A stretch of DNA of 64,000 nt from a virus (IMGVR_UViG_3300001687_001195:16108-80107), one strand, 5' to 3'. Counted from the first letter of the stretch, positions 36,767-46,047 are shown. A program made the numbers and translations. The notes: generated by a model not told the origin, from the letters alone.

Positions 36767-37530
36767 TGAATGAATTTGCGATAGTAATTCCCTCTAAGTA
36801 TGCGATGAACTTAGTTGGATGTATGCAAGCTATCTGCGATTTTGAAGTCAACGTAGTAGAGTCGGAAAAGATCATTGTAGTAGACGATGGCGCTAGAGCG
36901 GAACTGGAGCGCGATGGGTTTGGAGTACCGTTATGGTTTGAGAGGCTTCAATGGATTTCAGGAGCGGAGCCTTTCAGTTTTCCGCGTAATGTGAATTTGG
37001 GTGTAGCGGCAGCAGGTACGCGGGATGTATTGCTACTGAACGACGATTGCATGTTACGCACGCCTGCTGGTTTCTATCGAATGCAGGAAGCGGCGTATTC
37101 AGACCCCGATATTATGATGTGCGCGGCAATTGTTAGTTTTTCTGGGAATCGAACGCAGCAAGCTACTCCTGCTCAAGCAACTGCAGCGATGAATCATGCG
37201 AACGATGAGATCATCCCGCAGGAAATGGTTTGTTTCATTTGTGTGTACTTTAAGCGGGAATGCTTCGATCGTTTTGGCTTATTTGATGAAGCATTCGATG
37301 GGTATGGTTGGGATGACGACATCTATTGTGCGCGTGTGAGAACAGGTGGAGGTAAGATTGTAGTGTATCGAGGTACTTATCTCGATCATACTCATTTGCA
37401 ATCGAGCTATCGGGTACGTGAACGGGATACTTTAGGGCCGCGCAGTCGTCAGAATCGTGTGAAGTATGATGCTTTGATGAAACAACATCCGGAGTATTTG
37501 GAATGGCTATCACGCAGGAAAAACCATTGA
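36766..37530 (+). CDS. GT2-family glycosyltransferase
   Basis: AIVIPSK, IIVVDDG, FSFPRNVNLG, VLLLNDD, GLFDEAFDGYGWDDD. Confidence 0.88.
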   Translation: MNEFAIVIPSKYAMNLVGCMQAICDFEVNVVESEKIIVVDDGARAELERDGFGVPLWFERLQWISGAEPFSFPRNVNLGVAAAGTRDVLLLNDDCMLRTPAGFYRMQEAAYSDPDIMMCAAIVSFSGNRTQQATPAQATAAMNHANDEIIPQEMVCFICVYFKRECFDRFGLFDEAFDGYGWDDDIYCARVRTGGGKIVVYRGTYLDHTHLQSSYRVRERDTLGPRSRQNRVKYDALMKQHPEYLEWLSRRKNH

Positions 37531-39233
37531 GAGTTCTGATTTTTGGCGCTTCGGGGATCATTGGGCAGCACATGATGCTGACTCTTCCATGGAACGTGAA
37601 GCCATTGTATGCGCGATTTAGACTTAGCGATTCATTTCGAGGAAGATTTACTATTCTTGATGTAACGAATTTTGAATGGGTGGAAGCAATCATTAAATCA
37701 TTTAATCCAGATGTGATTGTGAATTTAGCTGGTGAGAATAATGTTGATACAGTCGAGCGAGAGCCAGAACGGTGGCGGGCGGTAAATGTAGAATTTCCAT
37801 CACGTCTTGCCGAATATTGTTGTTTAGCACCGCGCATTGATTTGATTCATGTCAGCACGCAGGGAATCTTTGATGGTAAAGAACCTCCGTATGCGCCTTG
37901 TGTTTATCACGGCGATCCGGTTAATGCATACGGATGCCAGAAATTGCTAGCCGAGCACCGTGTAATGAGCGCAAACCCACAAGCGGTAATCGTTCGTCCG
38001 ACATTTGTTCTCGGGGTACGCCCAATGGTTACTTGTGGGCGCCATAATCCTCTTGAGCAAATGTTTGAAATGGATGAACAACTTCAAGTAAATGATCGGT
38101 ACTTTTCGCCTGTCATGGCTATCGATGTTGCCGAAGAGATTTGGAATCTGTGCTTTGTTTTAGGTAATGTAGGGTATGGGCATCCTAATGACTATGTAAG
38201 GGGCGCGATCTTTCATGCTGGATTGCCGATACGGACTACGCGTTATGACTTAGCTATCAGAGTAGATGCGTTGGAAGAATCCGTATACCGTAAGATCGAA
38301 GCAGTACCTCATTCGCACTTCAAAGGGATTGCAGAACGCCCAAAAGACACAACATATGTCGATGATGGTAAGGATTCCAGTGGGGTATCAACTTCTCTGC
38401 ATATGAATCATGAGAATGCTTTGCAGATAGGACTATTGCACGCTATGGACCAGATGGACGCGCGTAATGATCTATTTTCTGAAGTGGGCTTTGCGGAAGA
38501 CATTGCTTTGTTTCTTGGCCATTCGTACGATTGGGTGCTACATGAATTGAAAAATGGGTTTCAACACTTTCATGCGGAAGTAGCCAACGATTTCAGGGAG
38601 TACGTATTAGATTACACTCAAGAAGAGATCTTGGCATGGTATAAGCGAACAGAAGCATACATTTGGGAATTGGCTTGCTTTCAGCAAGATTGTTCTGGTT
38701 TTAATTACCGAGGTATGTGTAGGGGTATCATGGAAACTCTTTCTGCACATCTTCGGGGGGATTCTTCGACATTCAAAGATGTGCTAGTTCTTGGGGATGG
38801 AATTGGTACACTTTCATTATATCTGATCCAAAACGGATTTGATGCGCACTACCATGATCTTCGGGAAAGCAGGACCGCAGCGTTTGCGAGTTTCCGAGCA
38901 AAGCGTAGAGGCATTGGTCTTCGATACTTTTGGGCGAAGGAAGGAACATTCATTCCTGCTTTTGATGGTGCTAAAAAGTTCGATTGCATTCTTGCTCTCG
39001 ATTACTTTGAGCATTTGCCCAATGTTGTCGAATGGTTACATGCTGTCTATGCCATGCTGAAGGATGGGGGTAGATTCATGGCGCGCAATGCTTTTGCTCA
39101 AGGTAGTGGAATTACTGGATCTATTCCATGTCATTTACCTGAAACCGATCATTTTGTATCTGATTGGGATGCAGCGTGTAAAAGAGTGGGATTTCAACAC
39201 GAAATCAATGAATGGTACATAAAGAAATCGTGA
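37503..39233 (+). CDS. RmlD-like NDP-4-keto-sugar reductase fused to a class I methyltransferase
   Basis: VLIFGASGIIG, PDVIVNLAG, IHVST..FDG, PVNAYGCQKLLAE (YxxxK). C-terminal VLVLGDGIG, FDCILALDYFEHL, MLKDGG. Confidence 0.85.
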   Translation: MAITQEKPLRVLIFGASGIIGQHMMLTLPWNVKPLYARFRLSDSFRGRFTILDVTNFEWVEAIIKSFNPDVIVNLAGENNVDTVEREPERWRAVNVEFPSRLAEYCCLAPRIDLIHVSTQGIFDGKEPPYAPCVYHGDPVNAYGCQKLLAEHRVMSANPQAVIVRPTFVLGVRPMVTCGRHNPLEQMFEMDEQLQVNDRYFSPVMAIDVAEEIWNLCFVLGNVGYGHPNDYVRGAIFHAGLPIRTTRYDLAIRVDALEESVYRKIEAVPHSHFKGIAERPKDTTYVDDGKDSSGVSTSLHMNHENALQIGLLHAMDQMDARNDLFSEVGFAEDIALFLGHSYDWVLHELKNGFQHFHAEVANDFREYVLDYTQEEILAWYKRTEAYIWELACFQQDCSGFNYRGMCRGIMETLSAHLRGDSSTFKDVLVLGDGIGTLSLYLIQNGFDAHYHDLRESRTAAFASFRAKRRGIGLRYFWAKEGTFIPAFDGAKKFDCILALDYFEHLPNVVEWLHAVYAMLKDGGRFMARNAFAQGSGITGSIPCHLPETDHFVSDWDAACKRVGFQHEINEWYIKKS

Positions 39234-39234
39234 C

Positions 39235-39690
39235 ATGGGTTATGACCCTCAGTATCGCATTACGATTGCTCATTCGCGGATAGGCACCAAAGGATCGGAT
39301 GGGAAGCCAAACGGATTTTTGGTACCCATTTGGAATGAGCATGAACCTTGGGAAGCGTTGTCTCCAAAGCAGGTGTACTTAACAGTTGTTGCTCCGCATA
39401 CGCATAAGGGACCGCATCTTCATTACAAGCGTAATGGTGCTTTTACATGTATTAAAGGGAATGTGCTCGTCGTTCAACAGAGAGGTTTGGGAAAGATCGT
39501 CTATGTGGAGACATGGACAGGCGAAGATCACCTTTATCAGACGATTTTTGTTCCAGCGGGTATTGCAGCAGCAATGTATAACCTCGGTGATGAAGATGCT
39601 TATGTATTGAACATGCCGTGTCGTGGGTACTGTGCTGAAGACAAAGATGAATGTGTACCGGAGAAATGGGATTATGCCCCGTCGTTTTGA
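39235..39690 (+). CDS. RmlC-like cupin (NDP-sugar epimerase/isomerase)
   Basis: QVYLTVVAP..KGPHLH, FTCIKG, IFVPAGIA..YNLG..AYVLNMP. Confidence 0.8.
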   Translation: MGYDPQYRITIAHSRIGTKGSDGKPNGFLVPIWNEHEPWEALSPKQVYLTVVAPHTHKGPHLHYKRNGAFTCIKGNVLVVQQRGLGKIVYVETWTGEDHLYQTIFVPAGIAAAMYNLGDEDAYVLNMPCRGYCAEDKDECVPEKWDYAPSF

Positions 39691-40540
39691 TCTTGGCATT
39701 GCCAGTTACGCTAACTTTGAGAAGCTGCATAGAACAGTAGCCACTATCCGAAGGCAATGTGTCACGGATTGGCGTTTGTTAATCGTAGATAATCCAAGTC
39801 CGCAATCGGACCAGATTCGTAAATGGATCTGTGCGCAGGGAGATCAAGAACCTCGTATCAGCGTGGTAATGAACGAGGAAAATCGCGGATATGCAGGCGC
39901 AGTAAATCAGATTCTTGAATGGGCAGAGACAGAGTACATTGGTTATTGCGATAATGATGTAATGATCGATACGAGGGCGTGGGATGAATCTCTCTGTTCA
40001 TTGCTTGATAGGCATCATGAGGTAGGAATGGTGTTTCCAAATGGAGGCGCCTTTCCAATTCATCGCGGAACATACACAGAAGTCTTGTGGGGCATTGGTT
40101 TCTGTTGGGTAATAAATCGCATGGCATTTCGGCGTGTGGGGGGTTTTGATGAAGCGATTGGGCATCAAGAAGAAGCAGACTATTGTATGCGTATGCGGAT
40201 GAAAGGATACCGCTGTGCTTCTCTTGGCGATGTGCGGGTACGTCATGACGCAACGGCTACAAAAGATCCGAAGGCTCTAGAACGCATCAATGCTGGAGTA
40301 GAGCGTTTTGTAACCAAATGGAATCGGTACTTTAATGGAGAGGAATACCACTATCATCATCCGTATGTAACTCGATGGGAAGACTGGCCTCCGAATGCAT
40401 TGTATTTGGAGCAATTCTATCGAACACATCTTGGCGATAAGTTTAACGAGAATCCTGAACTGATTACGCTTGCAGGGCGCAAGTTGGATTTGATCAAGGT
40501 TCCTCGATTTTTCCAGATGTACAGAAATAGAATCATCTGA
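39674..40540 (+). CDS. GT2-family glycosyltransferase
   Basis: LLIVDNPS, NEENRGYAGAVN, YIGYCDNDV, VGGFDE..EEADYCMR..GY. Confidence 0.88.
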   Translation: MPRRFDLGIASYANFEKLHRTVATIRRQCVTDWRLLIVDNPSPQSDQIRKWICAQGDQEPRISVVMNEENRGYAGAVNQILEWAETEYIGYCDNDVMIDTRAWDESLCSLLDRHHEVGMVFPNGGAFPIHRGTYTEVLWGIGFCWVINRMAFRRVGGFDEAIGHQEEADYCMRMRMKGYRCASLGDVRVRHDATATKDPKALERINAGVERFVTKWNRYFNGEEYHYHHPYVTRWEDWPPNALYLEQFYRTHLGDKFNENPELITLAGRKLDLIKVPRFFQMYRNRII

Positions 40541-41313
40541 TGAAAACTGAATCATTAGAAGGTCTTGATGTCATTGTAGTGTATGTGGGCATCTTGGCTG
40601 GCGATCTCTGGATGAGTCTTACAGGTCTTCGTGATTTCCTGAAGAAAGATCTATCTGTAGGACTTGTTGTAGGAACTTACACACGTCCTATATGGGACTT
40701 TGCATTGGAGCATGTGAAGGGATTGGATGGAGTACGCATCATTGGTCAAATTGCGGATCCAGACGAGCATAACCATCCATTTTGTCCGGGTAAAGGCTTT
40801 CATGCATTAGTTCCAGCGTACGATTATGTGAAGACACAACTAAAAGAGCGTTTTGACGAAGAGAAAATTCTTCGTTTTGATACACCTGGCAATAGCTATG
40901 GAACAAAGCGGGACAAATTAGAGTTGAAGTCAGGTGCCTTGCGCAACGATGACCGTGTAACTCTACATGGGTATACACGGCATGGTTGGAAGAATTGCGA
41001 TTTCGTTGTATACCGTGCTGAGTACAATTTACCCACGTTTCAAGTGGGTTTTGCAGATGAGCCTGCATGGCCTTCAGGGCGCCTCCCGGCAAGACCGTAT
41101 AGTGAGATGGTTTTGAGTATGTTGCATGGAAGGGGTCTTGCTACTGTGCTGTCTTCCTTTAATTGTATAGCAACCGTGTTTCACAAGCCTGCAGTTGTAG
41201 CTTCCTATACCTCAGATTGTAAATGGGTGAATTACACAAACCCAAACGCACTTGTAATGGTTACACCTTCGATACGCCAATTCCAAGACGCAGTAAGTAC
41301 GATGGGATGGTAA
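40540..41313 (+). CDS. GT9-like (GT-B) glycosyltransferase
   Basis: GILAGDLWMSLTGL and LATVLSSFNCIATVFHKPAVV resemble the GT9 N-terminal GD motif and the C-terminal S..HlA....P motif. Confidence 0.5.
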   Translation: MKTESLEGLDVIVVYVGILAGDLWMSLTGLRDFLKKDLSVGLVVGTYTRPIWDFALEHVKGLDGVRIIGQIADPDEHNHPFCPGKGFHALVPAYDYVKTQLKERFDEEKILRFDTPGNSYGTKRDKLELKSGALRNDDRVTLHGYTRHGWKNCDFVVYRAEYNLPTFQVGFADEPAWPSGRLPARPYSEMVLSMLHGRGLATVLSSFNCIATVFHKPAVVASYTSDCKWVNYTNPNALVMVTPSIRQFQDAVSTMGW

Positions 41314-41317
41314 AGTA

Positions 41318-42049
41318 ATGCGATTTCTGGCAATGCTCAGGATTCGTAATGAGGAACGCTGGATAAAGCGAGTCATAGATTCTTTGCTTCCCATTTGCGC
41401 AGAGTTGTATGTAATGGATGACCATTCTTCAGATACAACGGCAGACATTGTATTGGCTTTTGACAAAGAACGTGTTCACTATATACCGTCCCCTTTTGCT
41501 AAAGACGATTTGGATGAATCTAGGGATAAGAATTTTCTATTGGATTACGTGATTTCTGGCAAACCAGATTGGGTTTTATGTATTGACGGAGATGAAGAAC
41601 TTGAAGAGATGGGACCGGACATCATTCGAGAAACCGTAAAAACTCCGCAATGGCATAGCTATTCGTTTAGAGTCATTTATCTATGGAATAGTGAGCAAAC
41701 GATTAGAGTAGATGGCGTGTACAAAACGTTTGCACGTCCTTCAATGTTTCGGATGGTGAACCCTGCATTTCGGTTCAAGACAACGCCATGGGGCGGTAAT
41801 TTACATTGTTCTTCAATTCCACAAGAACTTCTTCATGGATACCAGCGTTGTTCAGTTCGTTTGAAGCATTATGGTTACATTGATCCTGAGTTACGTCGGA
41901 AGAAATTTGATTGGTATAACAAGGTTGACCCAGACAATACAGGAGAAGATTGCTACCGCCATATTATTCAAGGGGATCCAGGCGGTCCTACTCCGGATGT
42001 AAAGTTGAAATGGGCCGGACCCTTAAAGCTTGAATCTTGGGTAGAGTGA
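41318..42049 (+). CDS. GT2-like glycosyltransferase (Glyco_tranf_2_4-like)
   Basis: RIRNEERWI, VMDDHSSDTT, DWVLCIDGDEEL, VRLKHYGY. Confidence 0.85.
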   Translation: MRFLAMLRIRNEERWIKRVIDSLLPICAELYVMDDHSSDTTADIVLAFDKERVHYIPSPFAKDDLDESRDKNFLLDYVISGKPDWVLCIDGDEELEEMGPDIIRETVKTPQWHSYSFRVIYLWNSEQTIRVDGVYKTFARPSMFRMVNPAFRFKTTPWGGNLHCSSIPQELLHGYQRCSVRLKHYGYIDPELRRKKFDWYNKVDPDNTGEDCYRHIIQGDPGGPTPDVKLKWAGPLKLESWVE

Positions 42050-42351
42050 TGCATGCTCGGATTCAGATTCGCGCGGTAGTAGAATTACCTTTTGAGGCAA
42101 CCCCAGAGATTGCAAAGCGTGGTAAGCATACAGGAAAAAAGAAAGTTGATGTGACATGGTATTTGCGTCGATGTTTGAATAAACTTTGGTTGCCGAAGGC
42201 GCCATGTCACTTAGGCGGTTTACATGTTAAGTCATGGGAAGTGACTCGGGCGGTTCCTCTGCGCGGCGTGTCATTGAATATAAGTAGCCGAGATGTAGAG
42301 TTGGATGAGTTGCTCTTAGAACAATTAAAGGGATTGCTCGATGGACAATGA
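42049..42351 (+). CDS. Hypothetical protein
   Basis: TGATG overlap with the previous stop. Confidence 0.5.
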   Translation: MHARIQIRAVVELPFEATPEIAKRGKHTGKKKVDVTWYLRRCLNKLWLPKAPCHLGGLHVKSWEVTRAVPLRGVSLNISSRDVELDELLLEQLKGLLDGQ

Positions 42352-42763
42352 ACACATTCTCGAAAAGGTATCGATAGATTTGGCTTTCCAATCGGCTATC
42401 AAGGCACTTGTCAGAAAAGCCAATCGAGCAGTACCCGGTAAACTTCGTTTTGAAACAGAACCGTGTTTGGCTACGGAACGTTCAGCAACGTTGATCTGGG
42501 ATTTCAAAGACAAGAAGCCAGGACAAGTTGTCGGAATGTATAAAGCTCAAGTAAAAATTCGGATTCCTCCTATGCCAGTTGGGCGAGTGAGCAATCCCGA
42601 GGCGGAGGCATCCCTAGTATTCATCAATGCGCTTCGAGCGATCTGGAACGAGATGATTCAAACGATCGGGGGACTGGCTTCCGGAAAGATCAAAGAAGAT
42701 GGAACGAAAGTACCGGATTCTAAAGATCAACCCGCATCAGGCCGGATTATTGTGCCGCGCTAA
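42341..42763 (+). CDS. Hypothetical protein
   Basis: 140-aa ORF continuing the operon. Confidence 0.55.
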   Translation: MDNEHILEKVSIDLAFQSAIKALVRKANRAVPGKLRFETEPCLATERSATLIWDFKDKKPGQVVGMYKAQVKIRIPPMPVGRVSNPEAEASLVFINALRAIWNEMIQTIGGLASGKIKEDGTKVPDSKDQPASGRIIVPR

Positions 42764-42847
42764 TGAGGCGCATGCCGCGGTGCGACGAATCACTTCCGCT
42801 AAGGTGATTCGATATTCGGTATTGGGTAACGGGAGCCAGTCTCTTCT

Positions 42848-43486
42848 ATGCGCGTAATCAATGGTGTGACAGTCTACGAGGGTAGTGAGCGTCTCAAGGA
42901 ACGAGTGCTGCGGATCAAAGCATGTTTGACAGTGCCTCAAGTTCTACAGGCTTTTGGGATCTACATGCAGGAAGATTTCGGTGGACGTGTTCAATGTCCC
43001 TTCCATGGAGATGCAAACCCTTCAGCCAAACTCTTTGATGATGGACAAGTGTTGCATTGCTTTGCTGGTCAATGTGCGTTTCATGGGGATGTGATTGATG
43101 TCGCTCAGAGGGCTTCAGGACAAAATGTAATCAGTACTGTAGGATTTTTGGAAGCACAATTTGATCTTTGGAAAGAGGCTCTTCCGGAAGTGCCGACAGG
43201 CATCTCGTTACACGGATTTCGGAGCCAGTGTGAAGAAGCGGTATTGCGGTACTACGAAACGATCAGGGACCGGCTATCGGATCGCTGGAAGGGGCCGTTT
43301 CAGGAGAGTTTTGAAGAGGCGTTTTCACAGAGACATGAGCTAAGTGCTTGGAATAAAAGGGGTTTTGCTGAGAACGGCAAGGAAGTTTCCCAAATACAGT
43401 TGTGGCTAAAGGGCATCAGGGACGATCTCTACAAATGGGAACAAATCCTTAAAAGTGAACAAGTTGCGCCGTCAGGCGAACCATAA
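42848..43486 (+). CDS. CHC2 zinc-finger protein (primase-type zinc-binding domain, no TOPRIM)
   Basis: VQCPFHGDANPSAKL..LHCFAGQC..GDVID. Confidence 0.8.
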   Translation: MRVINGVTVYEGSERLKERVLRIKACLTVPQVLQAFGIYMQEDFGGRVQCPFHGDANPSAKLFDDGQVLHCFAGQCAFHGDVIDVAQRASGQNVISTVGFLEAQFDLWKEALPEVPTGISLHGFRSQCEEAVLRYYETIRDRLSDRWKGPFQESFEEAFSQRHELSAWNKRGFAENGKEVSQIQLWLKGIRDDLYKWEQILKSEQVAPSGEP

Positions 43487-43498
43487 GAGGAGACTGAA

Positions 43499-43909
43499 AT
43501 GATCAGATATGTCTACCTATTTCGCAGCGGCGGCGCCATAGTGAAACACGGTGCGCCTTCCTCTGCGGAAAAACATGCTGTTTCTGCTGGAGATCTTTTT
43601 GTGGTAAAAATATCTCCAGACAGTTTGGAATACCTAAGTGCTGGCGGGATGTGGGGCGTGGTGCCCGAGGAGAAGCTTCCGGTACCCGTATCAGAGGCGC
43701 CTCCCATGACAGGAGAAAAATCGGATGTCGCACAAGCACCGGCTGAAGAAGCAGCAGAAGCGCCGAGAGAAGCATCGGCTGCAGAAAGCCCAAGCGAGAG
43801 CGCGTCCGAGACCGAAAGTTCGGGGGGTTCTCCGTCAATGGCTGGCGATGAAGGATCTCCCGCCAGCACGCCCTTCAATGCGATCTATGAAACCCCGCAA
43901 GGGAACTGA
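43499..43909 (+). CDS. Hypothetical protein with acidic Ala/Ser/Glu-rich tail
   Basis: GAGGAG RBS. Low-complexity C-terminal half. Confidence 0.55.
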   Translation: MIRYVYLFRSGGAIVKHGAPSSAEKHAVSAGDLFVVKISPDSLEYLSAGGMWGVVPEEKLPVPVSEAPPMTGEKSDVAQAPAEEAAEAPREASAAESPSESASETESSGGSPSMAGDEGSPASTPFNAIYETPQGN

Positions 43910-43934
43910 TGGCCCGGAGAACGTTGACTTGGAA

Positions 43935-44026
43935 GAGTAGTTGCGCATTACTTCGACGGAAGCAATGCGGGTGTTGCGTCAGCGCATGTGCTGAGGAGCC
44001 TGGTGGGGTTAACAGGCCAACTACTC
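43935..44026 (+). ncRNA. Candidate structured RNA (four-way junction)
   Basis: Closing stem GAGTAGTTG/CAACTACTC encloses three hairpins. Intergenic. Strand not proven. Confidence 0.45.
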
Positions 44027-44041
44027 GGTTAGGGTGCTTGA

Positions 44042-44290
44042 ATGTCAAAGCTTGGCACAATATCTGAATTGAAATTTAGTGCTAGTCCTGGACGATGGAG
44101 AGCAGTTGGACGTAAAGTTTACACAGTTATTGATCATTCGAGTAAACTTGTAGCCGTATTTCAAACACCGCAGGATGCGGACTATGTAGCTTCTTTGGTA
44201 AATGCGTGGCCAAAGTTTGAAGAAGCATTTGGTAAGATACAAACAATCGAGGAATGTCTGGCAGCAATAACTGCATTGCTGCAAGAGTGA
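44042..44290 (+). CDS. Hypothetical protein
   Basis: 82 aa containing SPGRWRAVG, an early-phage-type small protein pattern. Confidence 0.55.
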   Translation: MSKLGTISELKFSASPGRWRAVGRKVYTVIDHSSKLVAVFQTPQDADYVASLVNAWPKFEEAFGKIQTIEECLAAITALLQE

Positions 44291-44336
44291 TGGGCTTATG
44301 GGGAGTAGACCTTTTTCCAAAGTTGGAGTGGTGATT

Positions 44337-44777
44337 ATGTTGAAGTCGGAACTTGATGCTCTGATTGAGGCGATCGAGCAGGAAAAGCGTGAGAAGATCC
44401 AGGAAGTGAGCGCTTCGTACGACGCACGAATCCGTTCACTTCGAGAGACGGCGAAGATCTACGACGAGTACGAGTTCGTCGATGGGGATTCGCAAGACGA
44501 AGCGCCTACTCGCAAGCGCAGAAAGCGTGGATCAATTCCGAAAGTGGCTGAAGCCATTGCGGAAGCCCTTGGCAAGAAGATCAACGGTACTTTCACATGG
44601 GAGACCGTGAGAGAAAAGCTGCCGAAGTTCGACGACAATTCCGTGAAGGCTGCTTTGCGGAAACTGGTTGTCGATGGCGCTATCAAGGTCAAGGTGCCCG
44701 GCCGGGGCCGGAAGATGGCGGTGTACGCCTTGCTGCCGAAGAAGGCTCCGAAGAAGCCTGCTAAGAAGGCATCTTGA
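44337..44777 (+). CDS. Coiled-coil plus winged-helix-like DNA-binding protein
   Basis: FTWETVREKL..NSVKAALRKLVVDGAIKV..GRGRKMAVY, with a Lys/Ala/Pro tail. Confidence 0.55.
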   Translation: MLKSELDALIEAIEQEKREKIQEVSASYDARIRSLRETAKIYDEYEFVDGDSQDEAPTRKRRKRGSIPKVAEAIAEALGKKINGTFTWETVREKLPKFDDNSVKAALRKLVVDGAIKVKVPGRGRKMAVYALLPKKAPKKPAKKAS

Positions 44778-44779
44778 TC

Positions 44780-45439
44780 ATGGCAGAGAAGCACGTCTTT
44801 ATTTCGGATGCGGCGTTACGCGCGGTAGCAGAGAACTACTACATGAAGTTGGCTCTTCAGGGAGCCGGTTGGGATAAGCCTGACTACATTGAGTTCTTTA
44901 TGGAGTTTGCACGATCTGTTATCCGTGAAAACGATTATGACTTCCAAAAGCATGTCAAGGATGCGCTAAAATCTGCTGAAGGCGTGCCAGCCAATTCTGT
45001 TTTACCTACAGAGACCGGAGAGCAAGGGGAGCGTGTAGTCAGGATTCCTTTTAAGAAGCTGGTTCAATTGATTCGTTCTCGTCCGGAAGATGGAGTTAAG
45101 TCCAGCATTCCGGCAGATGTTAAGGTGGTAAAGGGAGTATGCGTTCCCCAACTGCAAGAGTTTGTGCTGGTTCTACACAGTCAAGAGGAATGGAGCGGGG
45201 TAGCGAAAACCAAGTTTGTTCCGGAAGACTTCACGGTTTTGATAGTCGAACCGGACCATGCTTTGAATGCGACAGACGCCCTGTACGTGTTTGTCCGTTT
45301 TCTATATCGGCAGTTTGCGGGGCAAGGGCTGGACGCTACGCTGCAAGCGATTTCTCAGTGGATTGAAGTTTTCCGTAAGAAAGCAAGGTGGGCGCCTGGC
45401 GACCCAAAACGAATCGAGCGGTATGATCGGATTGACTGA
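44780..45439 (+). CDS. Hypothetical protein
   Basis: Uninterrupted ORF in the operon. Confidence 0.55.
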   Translation: MAEKHVFISDAALRAVAENYYMKLALQGAGWDKPDYIEFFMEFARSVIRENDYDFQKHVKDALKSAEGVPANSVLPTETGEQGERVVRIPFKKLVQLIRSRPEDGVKSSIPADVKVVKGVCVPQLQEFVLVLHSQEEWSGVAKTKFVPEDFTVLIVEPDHALNATDALYVFVRFLYRQFAGQGLDATLQAISQWIEVFRKKARWAPGDPKRIERYDRID

Positions 45440-45723
45440 TGCCGAAAGTGAACTTGCGGCGCGTGGCTCAGAAGATCATGATTGCTGGACCAACGCGCGT
45501 TGTGATTGATCAAGAAGGAACTGGAGTTACTTGTCAACGCGCTAAGAAGCTTGGGGTCAAACCGCAAATCATTTTTATTCGAGACGATGGTTGGTCAATC
45601 GGGTGTCGTCGAGAACATGAAGACGTTACAGAATCGCTTTGGACAGAACGATGGATTGGAGTGATCATCGCCCCTTCATCAGAAGCACAACCATACATTC
45701 CGAAAGACAAGAAAGATGGATGA
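45439..45723 (+). CDS. Hypothetical protein
   Basis: TGATG overlap. Confidence 0.5.
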   Translation: MPKVNLRRVAQKIMIAGPTRVVIDQEGTGVTCQRAKKLGVKPQIIFIRDDGWSIGCRREHEDVTESLWTERWIGVIIAPSSEAQPYIPKDKKDG

Positions 45724-45943
45724 AGGCAGTTCGGGATCTGGTAGTGGACCGAACGTAAACATGAATGCTTACAAGGTGGCTATGGAGCAAATGTTTGCTG
45801 CTTTGAACAACGAAGTGCCCACAGGCTTGTTTGGGTTTTATGCGCGGTGTAGAAGTGAAGGCTTCGATGAAGATAGTGCGATGAATCTAACAGAGCAAGT
45901 GCTTGAGAAATTGCTCTTGGTACTATTTCCGAATGCAACGTGA
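45716..45943 (+). CDS. Hypothetical protein
   Basis: Overlapping start. 75 aa. Confidence 0.5.
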   Translation: MDEGSSGSGSGPNVNMNAYKVAMEQMFAALNNEVPTGLFGFYARCRSEGFDEDSAMNLTEQVLEKLLLVLFPNAT

Positions 45944-46026
45944 GGGGACACGCACGCCTATTCCTTTCTAATTAACAAACCAAGCCAATACCTGTTAACA
46001 GTGCTGTCCCCTCACCTTTTTTATTT
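45940..46026 (+). terminator. Large-loop hairpin/terminator displaying the anti-leader sequence
   Basis: 15-bp stem GTGAGGGGACA(C)GCAC/GTGCTGTCCCCTCAC, 45-nt loop beginning GCCTATTCCTTTC, then CTTTTTTATTT. Confidence 0.6.
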
Positions 46027-46047
46027 GTACCTCTGAGGAGGCCAACG

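Noticed and set aside
43935-44026. Hammerhead ribozyme reading (CUGAGGA followed by a stem)
   Set aside because: The required GAAA after stem II is CAAC and there is no NUH cleavage triplet in place.
45936-45968. Minus-strand GAAAGGAATAGGC as the RBS of a tiny ORF
   Set aside because: GTG follows with zero spacing and gives only 10 codons. At 57680 no start codon follows at all.
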